A DNA stretch of 64,000 nt from a virus: positions 24,400-88,399 of the IMG/VR virus record IMGVR_UViG_3300001567_000138; one strand, given 5' to 3'. A model generated the notes under the pieces. That model was not told where the DNA came from, ran no database searches, and saw only the letters and a list, made by a program, of their open reading frames with translations. Numbering within the stretch: the stretch's first letter is position 1; each line of letters starts with the position of its first letter. The translations under genes and the position numbers were made by a program. Positions 29,352 through 39,835 of the stretch are shown piece after piece.

Positions 29352-32300
29352 TTACTTCTTGCCAGTTAGGATGGAGATGTCATCGGGCGACATTCCGCCT
29401 GCCAGCATCGCTGCGAGCATTTCTTTGCTTGCCTTTTCTGCGTGGCCCTCTGGCGACATCTGGTGCTGGAGGAGTATGCCTGCGGCGACATCATCGCGGG
29501 ACGTGTACGAGCGGGGGCTTGCGCCCATCATGCGGGACATTGCGCCAAACAGTCCGGCCATTGCCGCGCTGTCGGGATCGTCCACCCGCTGCCCCGTCTC
29601 GCGCTCCAGGCGCTCAATAAGTTCTGCTGCACTTTCGTTCTTAGTATTCTTATCCATGTGCCTTACTCTCCTTTCTTGAATAGTTTGATCTCGAAGTCTG
29701 CCCACCACCTGCGTTTGCGGTCAAAGAATGTGCGCCCGCTTTCGCAGTAAGGGCAGCCCCCATGACAGCGGCAGGATGTGTCAAAGCGCCGACTCTGCCT
29801 GTACGGTTGTTTCCACGTCTTGTTCTTCTTCCAGGTTGGCTTTCTGAACTTCAATGTGGGCCTCCTCGATGTTGGAGTGTACAGGCCCCGCTATCCAGCA
29901 GGGGTTCGGGTTCTCGGTGGTGGACAGGTCGATTAATTGTACCACTTCGGGAGAAGCTCCTTGAGAAGCGATGAAGGCGGCGCGTACCGCTTCCTCGGTG
30001 TCGCTGTGGTGGTACTGCTTGAAGTTCCCTTGTGGGCGGCGGGGGAGGCCGATGTGGGCGGGGTTGATGGGCTTGATGTCTGGTTTCATCAGCGAACTCC
30101 GGTTGAGTAGGCGCAGAGTGCCCAAATCAAGATGATGGCGATGGTCAGGATACCCATGATAATCATGTGTGTGTGTCCCTATCCCATCGCAAAGATGACC
30201 GCGTGTGATGTTTCGTTCCATTTGGCGAAGTTGCCTTGCCCAAACAGGCCGATTCCGTGTTCAATCATCAGGTCATCGAACAGGTAGATTGCTTTGCGGA
30301 CTGCTTCGCCGTTGCCGATGAACGGGCGCAGAAGGTAGCGCCCTTGCAGGATCGGGCGGTTTGTTCCGTCAGACACGGTGTACTCAAGCACAACAACATC
30401 ATTGTACTGGTCGTATCCGGTCAGGTGAACGTTGATGTGTGGCCCCTCCATGTACTCAATATTCGAGTCGTCGCAGCGGATTTCGTCGCTAAACAGGTGC
30501 GCGGTTTCGTGGTACATCGTTTTCGGTTTCATGCGTTTTCTCCCGTGTGTGCGCAGCAGGCGCAGGCGGAGCGGTTGGCCCCGTTGCAGGCGCACTCAAA
30601 TGTGCTTTGATACTGGTCGCAGACAGCGAGGTACTGCGCCTCTGCCGTTTCTAGTGCCTTGCGGAGTTCGGCTTCCTTCTCGTCGTCCTGTTTGTAGATG
30701 TGTACAGATACGCTGTACACGTAGTTGCCCAGGGCGAACGTGGCGTTCTGCCAGGCGTCATGGGCGTCGTGGATGTGGGCGGGCAGGCTTTCGTACTTTT
30801 CGTGTGCGGCCTTCCTGATCTGTAGCCAGGTGAAGCGTTCCGCGTTCCCGCCTTCCTGCTCGAAGGTCGCCGCCCACCACTCTTTATACAGCCGGTCGCC
30901 CAGGATGGTGTGCAGGCGGGCGAGGGATGCTTGTGCGCGGACTTCGTTGATCTCGTTGCTGTGTTCTTGCTTGCTGCGCTCGTAGTTGTTCGGGGCTTTT
31001 CCCATGATCTCATCTCCTCAAGTGTGCCTAAATTATAGCCGATGTTTCTGTGAGTGTACAGTGACAAATGTCACGGTTCACGGGTGACAAATTTCACTAT
31101 GCGCCTTTGATGTAGGCCAGCAGAGCGTCAAGGGCGGGCGTGGCTTTCGCGTCCCCTTGTGCCTCTTCCAGGGCCAGCCGGAGGGCTGCGGCCTGGATCA
31201 CGGTCAGGCGGCTCCAGGTGGGCTGCCAGCCCAGGCGGGCGGCGATAGCGGGGGCGAGCTTGCGGTCATGCACGCTGGCTCCCTGAAACTTTTCTTTGAG
31301 TTGCGTGAAGTCCTTCATTGTGTTTACTCCTCTCAGTTCTCGATGTCTGCCAGGGCGTCAAGCAGGGTTTTGTAGGTGCGCCCGCTGTGGGCGTAGTGGC
31401 CGAAGGCGGCAAGGCGCACTAGAATAAAGCGTTCTTTGCCGGGTGCGGTGTGGTCGTACTCGTAGACGGCGACCCGTCCCTGCTCTGCGGCCAGGGTCAG
31501 GGTGGCGCAGTCGGACACGTCCACGGTCTCAAAAGTGGGCAGCGTGCGCAGGTTGCCGACGGTCTCCGCGAGGGTGGCGAAGTCCATCAGGTAATTTTCT
31601 CCGCCCCATGTTTCGGGGGTTTCGTAGATGGTTTGTGCAAAGTTGCTCATGGTGTTACTCCTCTCCTAAGAATTGGATGCGCCCGACGAGTACGCCGAGG
31701 TGCATGATAGCGGCGAAAACTTTGATCTTGCCCGCTTCTTTTGCGGCCTTCAAGAGGTCGCGGGTCGCCTGATCGGTTGCCCACCTTGCGCCGTTCACGG
31801 TGAACGTGCCTTCAGGGGGCCAGGGGGTTGCGGGGGCGGTGTCGGTCATGGCGTGGCTGGCCTTGTTCGTGCGATGATAACCGCCGCATCATAAAAGCCC
31901 GCGCCAAACGATGACTTGGCGGTATGGCTTGTTTTGTCTAGCACTTGTTTTGCAATAGACAAAACCATTTGCTTTGACATTTTCTCCCGGCTTTTGGATG
32001 AGAAAAAATCCATCGCCTTGTTAAACCCCTGGGTTTCTTCTGATATGCAGTAGTTTGTGGTCATTGCTTGATCTCCTATGCTTCTATTATCGCACTTCTC
32101 ACGCTTGCGTACAAGTGACAAATGTCACGTGTCATGGGTGACAAACGTCACCCCTTGATGACCTCGTAAAATGCCCATAGTGGTATTCCCACCACAGCGG
32201 CCAGCAGCAGGCCGAAGCCCCACAGGGGGGCGGTGACGATGGCGAGGGCCAGGATCGCGAGTTGGAGCAGGCAGGATTTGCTTTTCATCGCGGTTCGCTC

Positions 32301-32518
32301 CCGAAGATGTATACCAAGCCGCCCTTGAAAATCATCGCCTGGCCGGTTGCGGAGTCATGGTGCGATATGATATCACTCCCGGTTCCGTCGTATTCCGCTT
32401 GGTGGCTTGCCAGCAAGAGGGCGGCGTACTCAGGGCCGCGCCCGGTGTAGCGGTCGGGTTTGTAGAACTTGTCGAGAAACTCAGCAATATCTTTACATGG
32501 TTGCGGGTATTGGTTCAT
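29352..32518 (-). CDS. Array of about ten small accessory ORFs (29352-29657, 29663-29854, 30179-30532, 30529-31005, 31097-31318, 31333-31650, 31655-31849, 31846-32064, 32285-32518)
   Basis: Same strand, strong GGAG RBS and CA-rich leaders. Confidence 0.65.
31032..31097 (-). promoter_or_regulatory. Promoter TGTACA-17-TATAAT with tandem boxes
   Basis: Boxes at 31061-31074 and 31084-31097. Confidence 0.8.
32086..32151 (-). promoter_or_regulatory. Promoter TTGTAC-17-GATAAT with tandem boxes
   Basis: Boxes at 32115-32128 and 32138-32151. Confidence 0.78.
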
Positions 32519-32576
32519 GGGTGTAACCTCCTGGCCGGGGTTGCCCCCGGCCTTCTGTGTGTGGTGTGCTTTTTTG

Positions 32577-33332
32577 CTATGCTTCCAGGCGTACAAGGCG
32601 GGCAGATACGCCGGTTCCGCTTTCCTTGAATGACCCCGGCGGGAGTTGTTCGGAATACCCGCTGTGTTCGTCCAGCCAGGCGCGGAAGTCTACCGCCTTT
32701 TTGTCGCTGCGGAAGAAGGGCGGCTCGCTCATCACGGCGACCAGTACGCCGCCCTCGGTTAGCAGGTCGAAGGCGTGCCGAACGTGGTCAACGTCTTGCA
32801 GGTTCTCAAAGGGCGGGTTCATAAACACGCGGTCGAAGATGCCGGGCAGTTCTCCCCAACAATCCATAAAATCTTCTTGGACGGTGCGGAATCCCTTGCT
32901 GCTCAGGGCGGCGGCGCGCTCCGGGTTGATCTCGACACAGGTAATATTCTCTTTGTCGATGAGTTGCGCCAGGCGTTCCGCGATTGCGCCCATACCGGCG
33001 GAGGGTTCCAGGACTTCCCCGACCGGGGAGGCGAGTGCCAACATGCGGTCAATCACGGCGAGGGGCGTCTCAAAAAAGCCGTCCCTGTCAACTTTGAGTG
33101 TGCCGCTCTCTAGCAAGCCTTCCACCTGGGGGCGGGGGTCGCTGGCGAAGATGTGCGCGCCCGCCTTGCGGTTCCACGCGCCGCCCATTGCTTCAAGGGC
33201 TTTGTTTACCTTGGCGTATAAGGCGCGGTCAAGTTGTCCGTTGATCTTTCCCTGTGTGCCGTCTGCGCTCCAGTCCATCGCGCGTAAGGTTGCCAGGGTG
33301 TCTGGGTCAAAGCGTAAGGTTTTTGTAAGCAT
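32577..33332 (-). CDS. SAM-dependent (likely N6-adenine DNA) methyltransferase
   Basis: FFETP, VLEPSAGMG, VEIN, MNPPF. Confidence 0.9.
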   Translation of the reverse strand: MLTKTLRFDPDTLATLRAMDWSADGTQGKINGQLDRALYAKVNKALEAMGGAWNRKAGAHIFASDPRPQVEGLLESGTLKVDRDGFFETPLAVIDRMLALASPVGEVLEPSAGMGAIAERLAQLIDKENITCVEINPERAAALSSKGFRTVQEDFMDCWGELPGIFDRVFMNPPFENLQDVDHVRHAFDLLTEGGVLVAVMSEPPFFRSDKKAVDFRAWLDEHSGYSEQLPPGSFKESGTGVSARLVRLEA

Positions 33333-33410
33333 GTGATAATTCTCCTTTTGTGTTGTGGTTGTGGTTTGCCGGGGGAGATGGTTCGTTCCTCCCCCGGCTT
33401 GGTGGGTGTG

Positions 33411-33818
33411 CTAGAATCCCCAGGGGGCGTCCTCGTAGCCTGGCAGGTCGGTGATGAGCGAATCTTTCAGGTATTGGATCATTGCAAACGCTTTGCTTTT
33501 CTCCCAGTCGGGAGTCTCACACGACTGGTAGCAATAGCAAGAGATGATCTTAAAGGCAGTGACGATATTGGGGCTATAATTCCGCTCCAGGATAAAATCT
33601 GTGGGGAGGTCGCCATCAGAGTAGCGATAGTTTACGCTGCGGGTGTTCTCTTCCCACAGCATAAAGCCGGTGATGTTGGCATTATCGGGGGTGACGGCGT
33701 ACCACGACCCGTTGTAGAAATAACGGAAGTCGCCGTGGTTTTTGGGGAGTGCGCCGTGATAGAGCGCGGCGCTGATGATGTAATCAATATCTTTCTTGTT
33801 TACTACGAAGGCGGACAT
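33411..33818 (-). CDS. Conserved hypothetical protein
   Basis: MSAFVV...ENTRSVNYRY...CYCYQSCE...YEDAPW. Confidence 0.75.
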   Translation of the reverse strand: MSAFVVNKKDIDYIISAALYHGALPKNHGDFRYFYNGSWYAVTPDNANITGFMLWEENTRSVNYRYSDGDLPTDFILERNYSPNIVTAFKIISCYCYQSCETPDWEKSKAFAMIQYLKDSLITDLPGYEDAPWGF

Positions 33819-33867
33819 TTTATTTTCCTCTCTTGCTTGCTTGTGTTGTTTGTTGGTTGATACTCTA

Positions 33868-33933
33868 ATAATAACAGCAGTTCTTGCCAGGTTCAAGTGA
33901 CATTTATCACGGTTGCGGTGTGACATTTGTCAC
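33868..33933 (-). promoter_or_regulatory. Promoter TTGAAC-17-TATTAT with tandem boxes
   Basis: Boxes at 33897-33910 and 33920-33933. Confidence 0.78.
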
Positions 33934-34268
33934 CTTTTAGCGCGCTCTTTCTCTTTCGCTTGTAGGTCGTAGTTTAGTAATTGCTGGTGCGCGGTGTGGG
34001 CGTTCGCCCTGATCCGCTCGATGTTGTTTTTCTCGTCTCGGTTGTGGTTGTCCAGGTAGCAACCAAGCACACCCCACAGGTGGAGCAGGCTGGATTCCTT
34101 CTGGTGTTCCGGGAGCGGATACAAAGAGACGGCGGCGGAGTAAAGCTCGCTCTGGATACAAAGGAACTTATTTTTTTGCCAGTCGTTGCATTTTCCGGCG
34201 TAGAATGCCTTATCCATCCCGGACAATTGCTTTTCTGTGTATCGGTCGTGTACTTCTCTGGCCGTCAT
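33930..34268 (-). CDS. Hypothetical protein
   Basis: AAAGGA RBS, ATG 34268. Confidence 0.65.
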   Translation of the reverse strand: MTAREVHDRYTEKQLSGMDKAFYAGKCNDWQKNKFLCIQSELYSAAVSLYPLPEHQKESSLLHLWGVLGCYLDNHNRDEKNNIERIRANAHTAHQQLLNYDLQAKEKERAKR

Positions 34269-34332
34269 GGGGTGGTATCCTTTCGGTGTAGGGTGGGCGG
34301 GGGATATCGCTACCCCCCGCCCGGTTGATCTG

Positions 34333-35484
34333 TTAGCTGCCGATGTGCATCGGCATAAGAACGGCCAGGAATGCCCCGGCCTTGACGGTAAACGGGCAGG
34401 TTTCAATACAGGGGGTGTTAAGGCTTACCTTCTCGCCCGTTGCGCCTGCCTGCTCCAGGGTATCCGCCAGGAAGTTCACGTTTACCCCGAAGTTAAGCGG
34501 TTTTTCATACTTGAAAACGTCGGGGGTAAGCTCCAGGGCCAATTCTACGCGGTTCTCATCTCCGATGGCGAAGGTTAAGCCGGTGCTGGTTGCGCTCACG
34601 CGTAGAAGGGCGGTTTCTTTATTCGACTTCAGAGGCTTGATAGCTTCCATCCAGTCTGCCAGGCTTGCGGTATAGGTTCCGCAAGGGGGAGCGGTGGGGA
34701 TGACTTGTTCAAGGTCGGGGTAATTTTTGAAGTGCGCGCTCATCTCCGGGGCGAGTTCGATGTCACCCGCCCGAATATACAAGGCGGGGCCGGTGGGTGT
34801 ACTGGGTTCCCCGCCGCGGGGGATGTAGTACACGTCCCCGCCGTCGTTCGCGCCCATCAGGAAGGGGGCCGCGGTTGCGGGGATCATGTAATCAACTTCG
34901 GGATAATTGAAGGCGGGGGCGGGGATGTTTACCCGATAAAGCCGGAATCCGTCCGCCGTCTCTACCATCATCTCCCCTTTGCCGCGGTTTACGACGTGGA
35001 CGGCGCAGAGGATGGGCCGCGCCTCATCGGTTGACGCTGCGGGCAGTGTGCGCTTGAGTGCATCTCCGAAGCCAGGGGGGAGCGGGGTGGGCTGTACATC
35101 GGGAAGGCGGGGGAAGGGGGGAAATTCCTCCGCGCTCATGGCGGGAATGCTCAGGGAGATTTTACCCGCTCGTACCGTTGCGCCCTTGTCGCTGTACTCG
35201 ATATCAACCGTGGCCGCGGTGACACTCTTGAGGGCGTCCACAAGGCGGCGGTAGTGGAGCAGGATCGGTTCAGGGTTCGCGGTGTGCCCGATGAAGGAGG
35301 CGGGGGTGCGCAGGTGGTTAAAGGTGTGATTACATACGGTGTGCAAGGTTCCGGCGGCGGGGTCGATGTGAATATACTCGAGGGCGAGCAGGGTTGACTT
35401 GCTGGCGACGTTGTTTTTGTGGGCTTGCAAGGCGGCTAAGAATGCTTTGCGGTTGACGGTCAGGGTGTAAGTGGGGGCGGGCAT
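34333..35484 (-). CDS. dnaN: DNA polymerase III beta sliding-clamp homologue
   Basis: 383 aa; EEFP, AASTDEARPIL, TADGFRL, YPD..QVIP, GVNVNFLAD, VLMPM. Confidence 0.9.
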   Translation of the reverse strand: MPAPTYTLTVNRKAFLAALQAHKNNVASKSTLLALEYIHIDPAAGTLHTVCNHTFNHLRTPASFIGHTANPEPILLHYRRLVDALKSVTAATVDIEYSDKGATVRAGKISLSIPAMSAEEFPPFPRLPDVQPTPLPPGFGDALKRTLPAASTDEARPILCAVHVVNRGKGEMMVETADGFRLYRVNIPAPAFNYPEVDYMIPATAAPFLMGANDGGDVYYIPRGGEPSTPTGPALYIRAGDIELAPEMSAHFKNYPDLEQVIPTAPPCGTYTASLADWMEAIKPLKSNKETALLRVSATSTGLTFAIGDENRVELALELTPDVFKYEKPLNFGVNVNFLADTLEQAGATGEKVSLNTPCIETCPFTVKAGAFLAVLMPMHIGS

Positions 35485-35532
35485 GGTATTTTATCCTCTC
35501 TTTTCTGTTTGGGGTGGGTTGTCAATGATTTG

Positions 35533-35598
35533 ATTATACATGAGTTCAGAAGGGGCGGGGAGTGACAAAAGTCACCCCCCGCCGGTGTATTGTGTCAC
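35533..35598 (-). promoter_or_regulatory. Promoter with TATAAT, poor -35 and tandem boxes
   Basis: Boxes at 35562-35575 and 35585-35598. Confidence 0.72.
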
Positions 35599-35599
35599 T

Positions 35600-35785
35600 T
35601 TACGGGGTGATTTTACCGTCATTCCAAGCCTCTTCTGCTGCGCCGTCATTATGGCAAGCCTTGCCAACTGCGCCGCATTTCAGGCATTCTGCCCACTTCC
35701 AACCGTTATTATTTTTGATGCGAATTAGAACGCTATTGCAAGCGGGGCATGTTTTCAGGGCCGCGCTGGCGGGTGCTGTTTTCAT
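35600..35785 (-). CDS. Lar-like Zn-ribbon protein
   Basis: LKTCPAC...CLKCGA...AEEAWN. Confidence 0.65.
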   Translation of the reverse strand: MKTAPASAALKTCPACNSVLIRIKNNNGWKWAECLKCGAVGKACHNDGAAEEAWNDGKITP

Positions 35786-35966
35786 GGCTTGGTTCCTTTC
35801 TGCCAATGCAGGATCATACAAGTGAAGGTGAAAAGGGGGGTAATCCAGTATACCCCGATGTAACCGACATACAAGCGGCCAGTAATCAAGCAGGGCCGGT
35901 TATTGTGTTTGTTGCGGTCGAAGCGGAGTACAATCTTAGGTGCTACGTGGGGGGCGTTGTAATCTC

Positions 35967-36356
35967 TCATGGGTGTGTATCCTCTCGGAGTGTGTTAACC
36001 TGGGTGTATGTCGGGAGCGTTGGGCCGCGTAATATCCACGGTTCGCCGGTGTGCGCCTCTGCGCCGCGCAGGATATACACTTTCTCGCCATACTGACCGG
36101 GGAAGCCAGGCGCGGGGCGGTACGCGAAGATCGTTTCCGGCATAGGGCGGGCGTAGTGTGTCGCGCCCTCGCTCTTCGCATGATCGAGAGCGGCAGCGAG
36201 GGCGGCGGGGTGGGCGGTGTGTACTTGCGCCTCAGGTGCGTTCACTTCGCGCCCGCTCTCCAAAGCGATTCTATAAATGCCGCTTGCGTGTGCCGCGGTG
36301 ACGGTTCCGGGTTCGCGGAATTGCCCATAAAATACCTTTTGACCGATGGTTAACAT
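35967..36356 (-). CDS. Hypothetical protein
   Basis: 129 aa with GAGGAG RBS. Confidence 0.7.
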   Translation of the reverse strand: MLTIGQKVFYGQFREPGTVTAAHASGIYRIALESGREVNAPEAQVHTAHPAALAAALDHAKSEGATHYARPMPETIFAYRPAPGFPGQYGEKVYILRGAEAHTGEPWILRGPTLPTYTQVNTLREDTHP

Positions 36357-36538
36357 TTTCGCTCCTCTTGCGCCGGGGGGTGCGGAATTGGAATCCAGTG
36401 TATAGGATTAATGGACGGCGTCCACGATTTACTTTCTGTGTGCCAAAAAATAACAACCGTGTTTAATCCGTTTGTTGCTAGAATCTGTGTGCCATCTTTC
36501 GGGGCCGTTGTAATGGGTTGCCATTCTGCCGAGTCCAT
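36350..36538 (-). CDS. DUF551-like protein
   Basis: WQPITTAPKDGT...PIHWIPIPHPP. Confidence 0.75.
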   Translation of the reverse strand: MDSAEWQPITTAPKDGTQILATNGLNTVVIFWHTESKSWTPSINPIHWIPIPHPPAQEERKC

Positions 36539-36700
36539 GTGTTTTACTCCTCTTTTGTGTGTGTGCTTTGATTATCTCTTGACCGCCGGTGAGGAGTCTA
36601 ACCTCACGTTACCCGGCCATGGGCCTTACGGGGCAGCGGTCAACAAATAACCAAAGGGGCCGCCCGGCTTGCGAGACCGGGCGGTTCCTGCCTTGCGTGT

Positions 36701-37357
36701 CTAGCGCGGCATGGCGGCGTACACTTCCTTTACTCTGCTGCCGTAGTTCTTGGGATCAAAGGCGGCGGGGGTGATATTCTTGACAATCGCACCAAAGGCG
36801 GCGTACAGTGAAGCCAGACCGTCAACGCTGGTATAAGAGATGCTGCCCCAGGGAGAAGGATCAAATTGATCTGGCTTTCCGCATGGCATGGGGCCGCAAA
36901 TTGCAATAGTCGTTATGCCGTAATCAATGACAGTAGAGTCGATGTAGGGAATTCCTAAGCGGTCAATTTCGCTCATCATCTCAGGTTCGATAACATAACC
37001 CTCGATTCGCGATGTGGTATCCTTCTTCTCGTCAACGTAGATAGTATACCCGCCGCGGCCAACTGTCACCAAGAAGGCGTAGCGCAGATAATCAACGCTG
37101 GTATCGTGCCGCCGTGCCGCGGCGTAATCGATGTTTGCGCTCAAATCTTGCTTTGCTTGTTTGCGCAGGGTCGCCAGGCTTGCCTTAATCTCATCGGTCA
37201 ATTCCTGGTATTTTTTCGATGTAAAGGTGTGATCTCCGCTGCGGTCGCAGAGATTAAAGCGGTCAGTATGCGAGGTCAATCCGGTGATATCCTTCGCTAC
37301 TGATACACTGTGCCCGCCGTCGCCGTGAGCATAACCGGTGAAAATATCGCTAGACAT
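36701..37357 (-). CDS. Hypothetical protein
   Basis: 218 aa with AGGAG RBS. Confidence 0.75.
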   Translation of the reverse strand: MSSDIFTGYAHGDGGHSVSVAKDITGLTSHTDRFNLCDRSGDHTFTSKKYQELTDEIKASLATLRKQAKQDLSANIDYAAARRHDTSVDYLRYAFLVTVGRGGYTIYVDEKKDTTSRIEGYVIEPEMMSEIDRLGIPYIDSTVIDYGITTIAICGPMPCGKPDQFDPSPWGSISYTSVDGLASLYAAFGAIVKNITPAAFDPKNYGSRVKEVYAAMPR

Positions 37358-37478
37358 TGTATTCGCTCCTATCGTGTGTTGTGCTGGATTATTGTAGGGT
37401 AGATTATAGGATACTATCGGATATGCGATAATACCCTATAATCTACCGCTCATCTAATCAAGATGAGCGGTAAACTAT

Positions 37479-37688
37479 TTACCTGCCGTCAAGCGTGCCG
37501 TCATTGATTGCATCATTGATACAAGCTAATTTGTTGGGCGCGCCTACGAGAGCGGTATAAACATCATAGCCAGCAGCATAACACTGCGCGTCGTCGGGCA
37601 TGTTTACAACACTGTAATCAGCATTGCAAGCCGACAAAAGCAAGGCAACCAGGATCAGCACAAAAGCAATTTTTACGTTCGTTTTCAT
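37479..37688 (-). CDS. Small lipoprotein
   Basis: Signal peptide with LSAC lipobox. Confidence 0.75.
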   Translation of the reverse strand: MKTNVKIAFVLILVALLLSACNADYSVVNMPDDAQCYAAGYDVYTALVGAPNKLACINDAINDGTLDGR

Positions 37689-38220
37689 TTTTACCTGCCT
37701 CTCTAAACAGGTATTAGACTTATGATCGTAAGTCTACCACTAGCCAGCATACAAGATGCTGGATACTGGTAGACTTGCAAGCGACAGGATAGCAAAAAGC
37801 GAGTCGCTTGCAAGATAATTAGATGAATCTACTTTATTACTCGCGCTTTTTTCGATAGGTTTTCAATAGTCGTTTACTGCTATCCTCGCCCCAGTTCAGT
37901 CTACCGATCTATTCTCGCATAGTTCTGCGAAGCGGTATTCTATGGCGTGGGCAGCGTCAAGTGTTTTCTGTGCTATCGTTTTTAGCGTTTCTTGGTAAGG
38001 TGCTGAAGTAGCTATATCTTATCAAATAGCGTACTGGTACGCAAGGAAGTTTATCCTAGTTTACCCATTACAAGCGTAATAAAATTTATGACAATTTGAC
38101 CCGATTGTCATAGTCGTTTTATGACATTTTATTACAATCGTCTACGCTTGCAAGCGCATTCTCTTCATATAATATCACGCGTGGCAATGGGCAAGCGGGC
38201 AAAGCGTAAAGGATAGCATA

Positions 38221-38530
38221 GGATACCAGGCAGGCTCCAGGCTCTAGGATACCTGGAGACGATCAGCATACCAGGCAGGCAGGCAGGCTATAGGAAGGCT
38301 ATAGGAAGGCTCCAGGCTCTAGAATAGGTAGATAGCATAGCCTGCTATAGGAAGGCTCCAGGCTATTGCATGATAGCAGGCTCCAGGAAGGCTCTAGGAT
38401 AGGATAGATAGACTATACTCACAGGCAGGCTAGGTTATACTCAGGCTCCAGGCTCTAGCGCGAGCAGGCTCTAGCATAGATGAGATAGCAGAGCCAACCG
38501 CGGCAAGCCAGAGCCAGAGCCAACCGCGAA
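38221..38530. repeat. Degenerate tandem repeat tract (AGGCTCCAGGCT, GCTATAGGAA)
   Basis: Exact AGGCTCCAGGCT at 38232, 38307, 38353, 38443. Confidence 0.85.
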
Positions 38531-38680
38531 CGGGGGTAAAATCCCTACCATCTTCCCCCCGCTCTCTTCCCGCTCTCGCAGCCACCCGCTCTCGCTGGCT
38601 AGCCAGCCACCCTGCAAGCGAACCCGCATTTTCGGCCTGGCGCGCAAGAAAGGTTGCAGAATACTTAGAACGTTTGCACC

Positions 38681-38744
38681 ATGACATTCGGCGTGAAAAC
38701 GGTGACAAAACACACTGTATTGTCATAATGGCCTATGGTATCCT
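38681..38744 (+). promoter_or_regulatory. Promoter TGTATT-17-TATCCT with degenerate boxes
   Basis: GTGACAAAACACAC at 38702-38715 abuts -35. Confidence 0.6.
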
Positions 38745-38764
38745 TAGGTTAAGGAGATTCTGAC

Positions 38765-39184
38765 ATGACTACATCTTACGATCCAGCCACCGATATCAAG
38801 AAAGACGCCAGCTTTTTTTGCCTTCCCTATCGTAATCCTGGCGGTTGCTATTCGCTCTCAACTCAACTCCCCCACCATGTTTACGCTGCCCTGGATGGCA
38901 CGAAGTACACAGGCAAGGAAGGCAGGTACTATTTCAAGGCATGGCGCAAGGATACCGGCAGCGAGATTATCGACCGAGTCTACATCACGCTCTGGGTCAA
39001 GGGTAATTCATTCAAGATCGGTTATCTTGAATGCTTGGGTGGGTTGTCTGTCGGTTGGCAGGCTGACCCAGATGGTTGCCGAGCAGGCTGTTTTGCAAGG
39101 GTTGAGAATACAAGCCGGGAAATCTGCCAGGATATTGCCGATCACATCGCCAGCATCGACAAAAGCGTATGCTGGAAAAATTGA
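38765..39184 (+). CDS. Hypothetical protein
   Basis: AAGGAG RBS; isolated within the non-coding hub. Confidence 0.7.
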   Translation: MTTSYDPATDIKKDASFFCLPYRNPGGCYSLSTQLPHHVYAALDGTKYTGKEGRYYFKAWRKDTGSEIIDRVYITLWVKGNSFKIGYLECLGGLSVGWQADPDGCRAGCFARVENTSREICQDIADHIASIDKSVCWKN

Positions 39185-39835
39185 CGACTGGATAGCAGCC
39201 CGCAAAAAAGATTGCAGCAAGAAAGCTTGCAAGGCAGCAGACGCCCGGCAGGCTTTCGTGCGGGCGCGACCGGCATAGTGCCGGCCTTCCGCACGCGAAT
39301 CCTGTTTTCGGCTGTCGGGAAAAACCAAAAACCCGTTTTTGCTTTGCTCGGTTGACTTGCCCACAAGCCTGCTGCCCGGCCTGCTCACAAGCCCGCTGCC
39401 CGCAAGCCCACTGCCTACTTTGCCTTTGTCACCTTGCTTGCTAGTTAGCCTGCCCGCTGTTGGCTAGTCTGCTTCCCGCTAACTACGCCTTGCTTGCCTT
39501 ATGGTTATCGGATCACGTGTGCGATAACTGTGGGAAAGGCGTGGGTAATGCACGCATAACGCAACTACCGCGTCCATCCAGTGCGGCGCGGTAGTTGTTT
39601 GCTGGTGCTGTAACACTAGCGGCTTTCTTTGCAGAAAATCAGGCTCCCCAAAAAAGGTGACTATATTTTACCACATCGCTTTACATATTTACCGCAGTTT
39701 TGTACAATGTGCAGTAGATATGTAAAGGCGAACTAGTCAGATAGCTAGTCAGACTAGTCAGATGGAAGTGTATAGTTGTATTGGTTATAGTATACAGTTG
39801 CAATCATATTCGAGTTATAGAATATAATTTGGTAC

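Noticed and set aside
38221-38530. Possible CRISPR mini-array
   Set aside because: Repeats are ~12 nt, irregularly spaced, with no unique spacers of constant length and no cas genes
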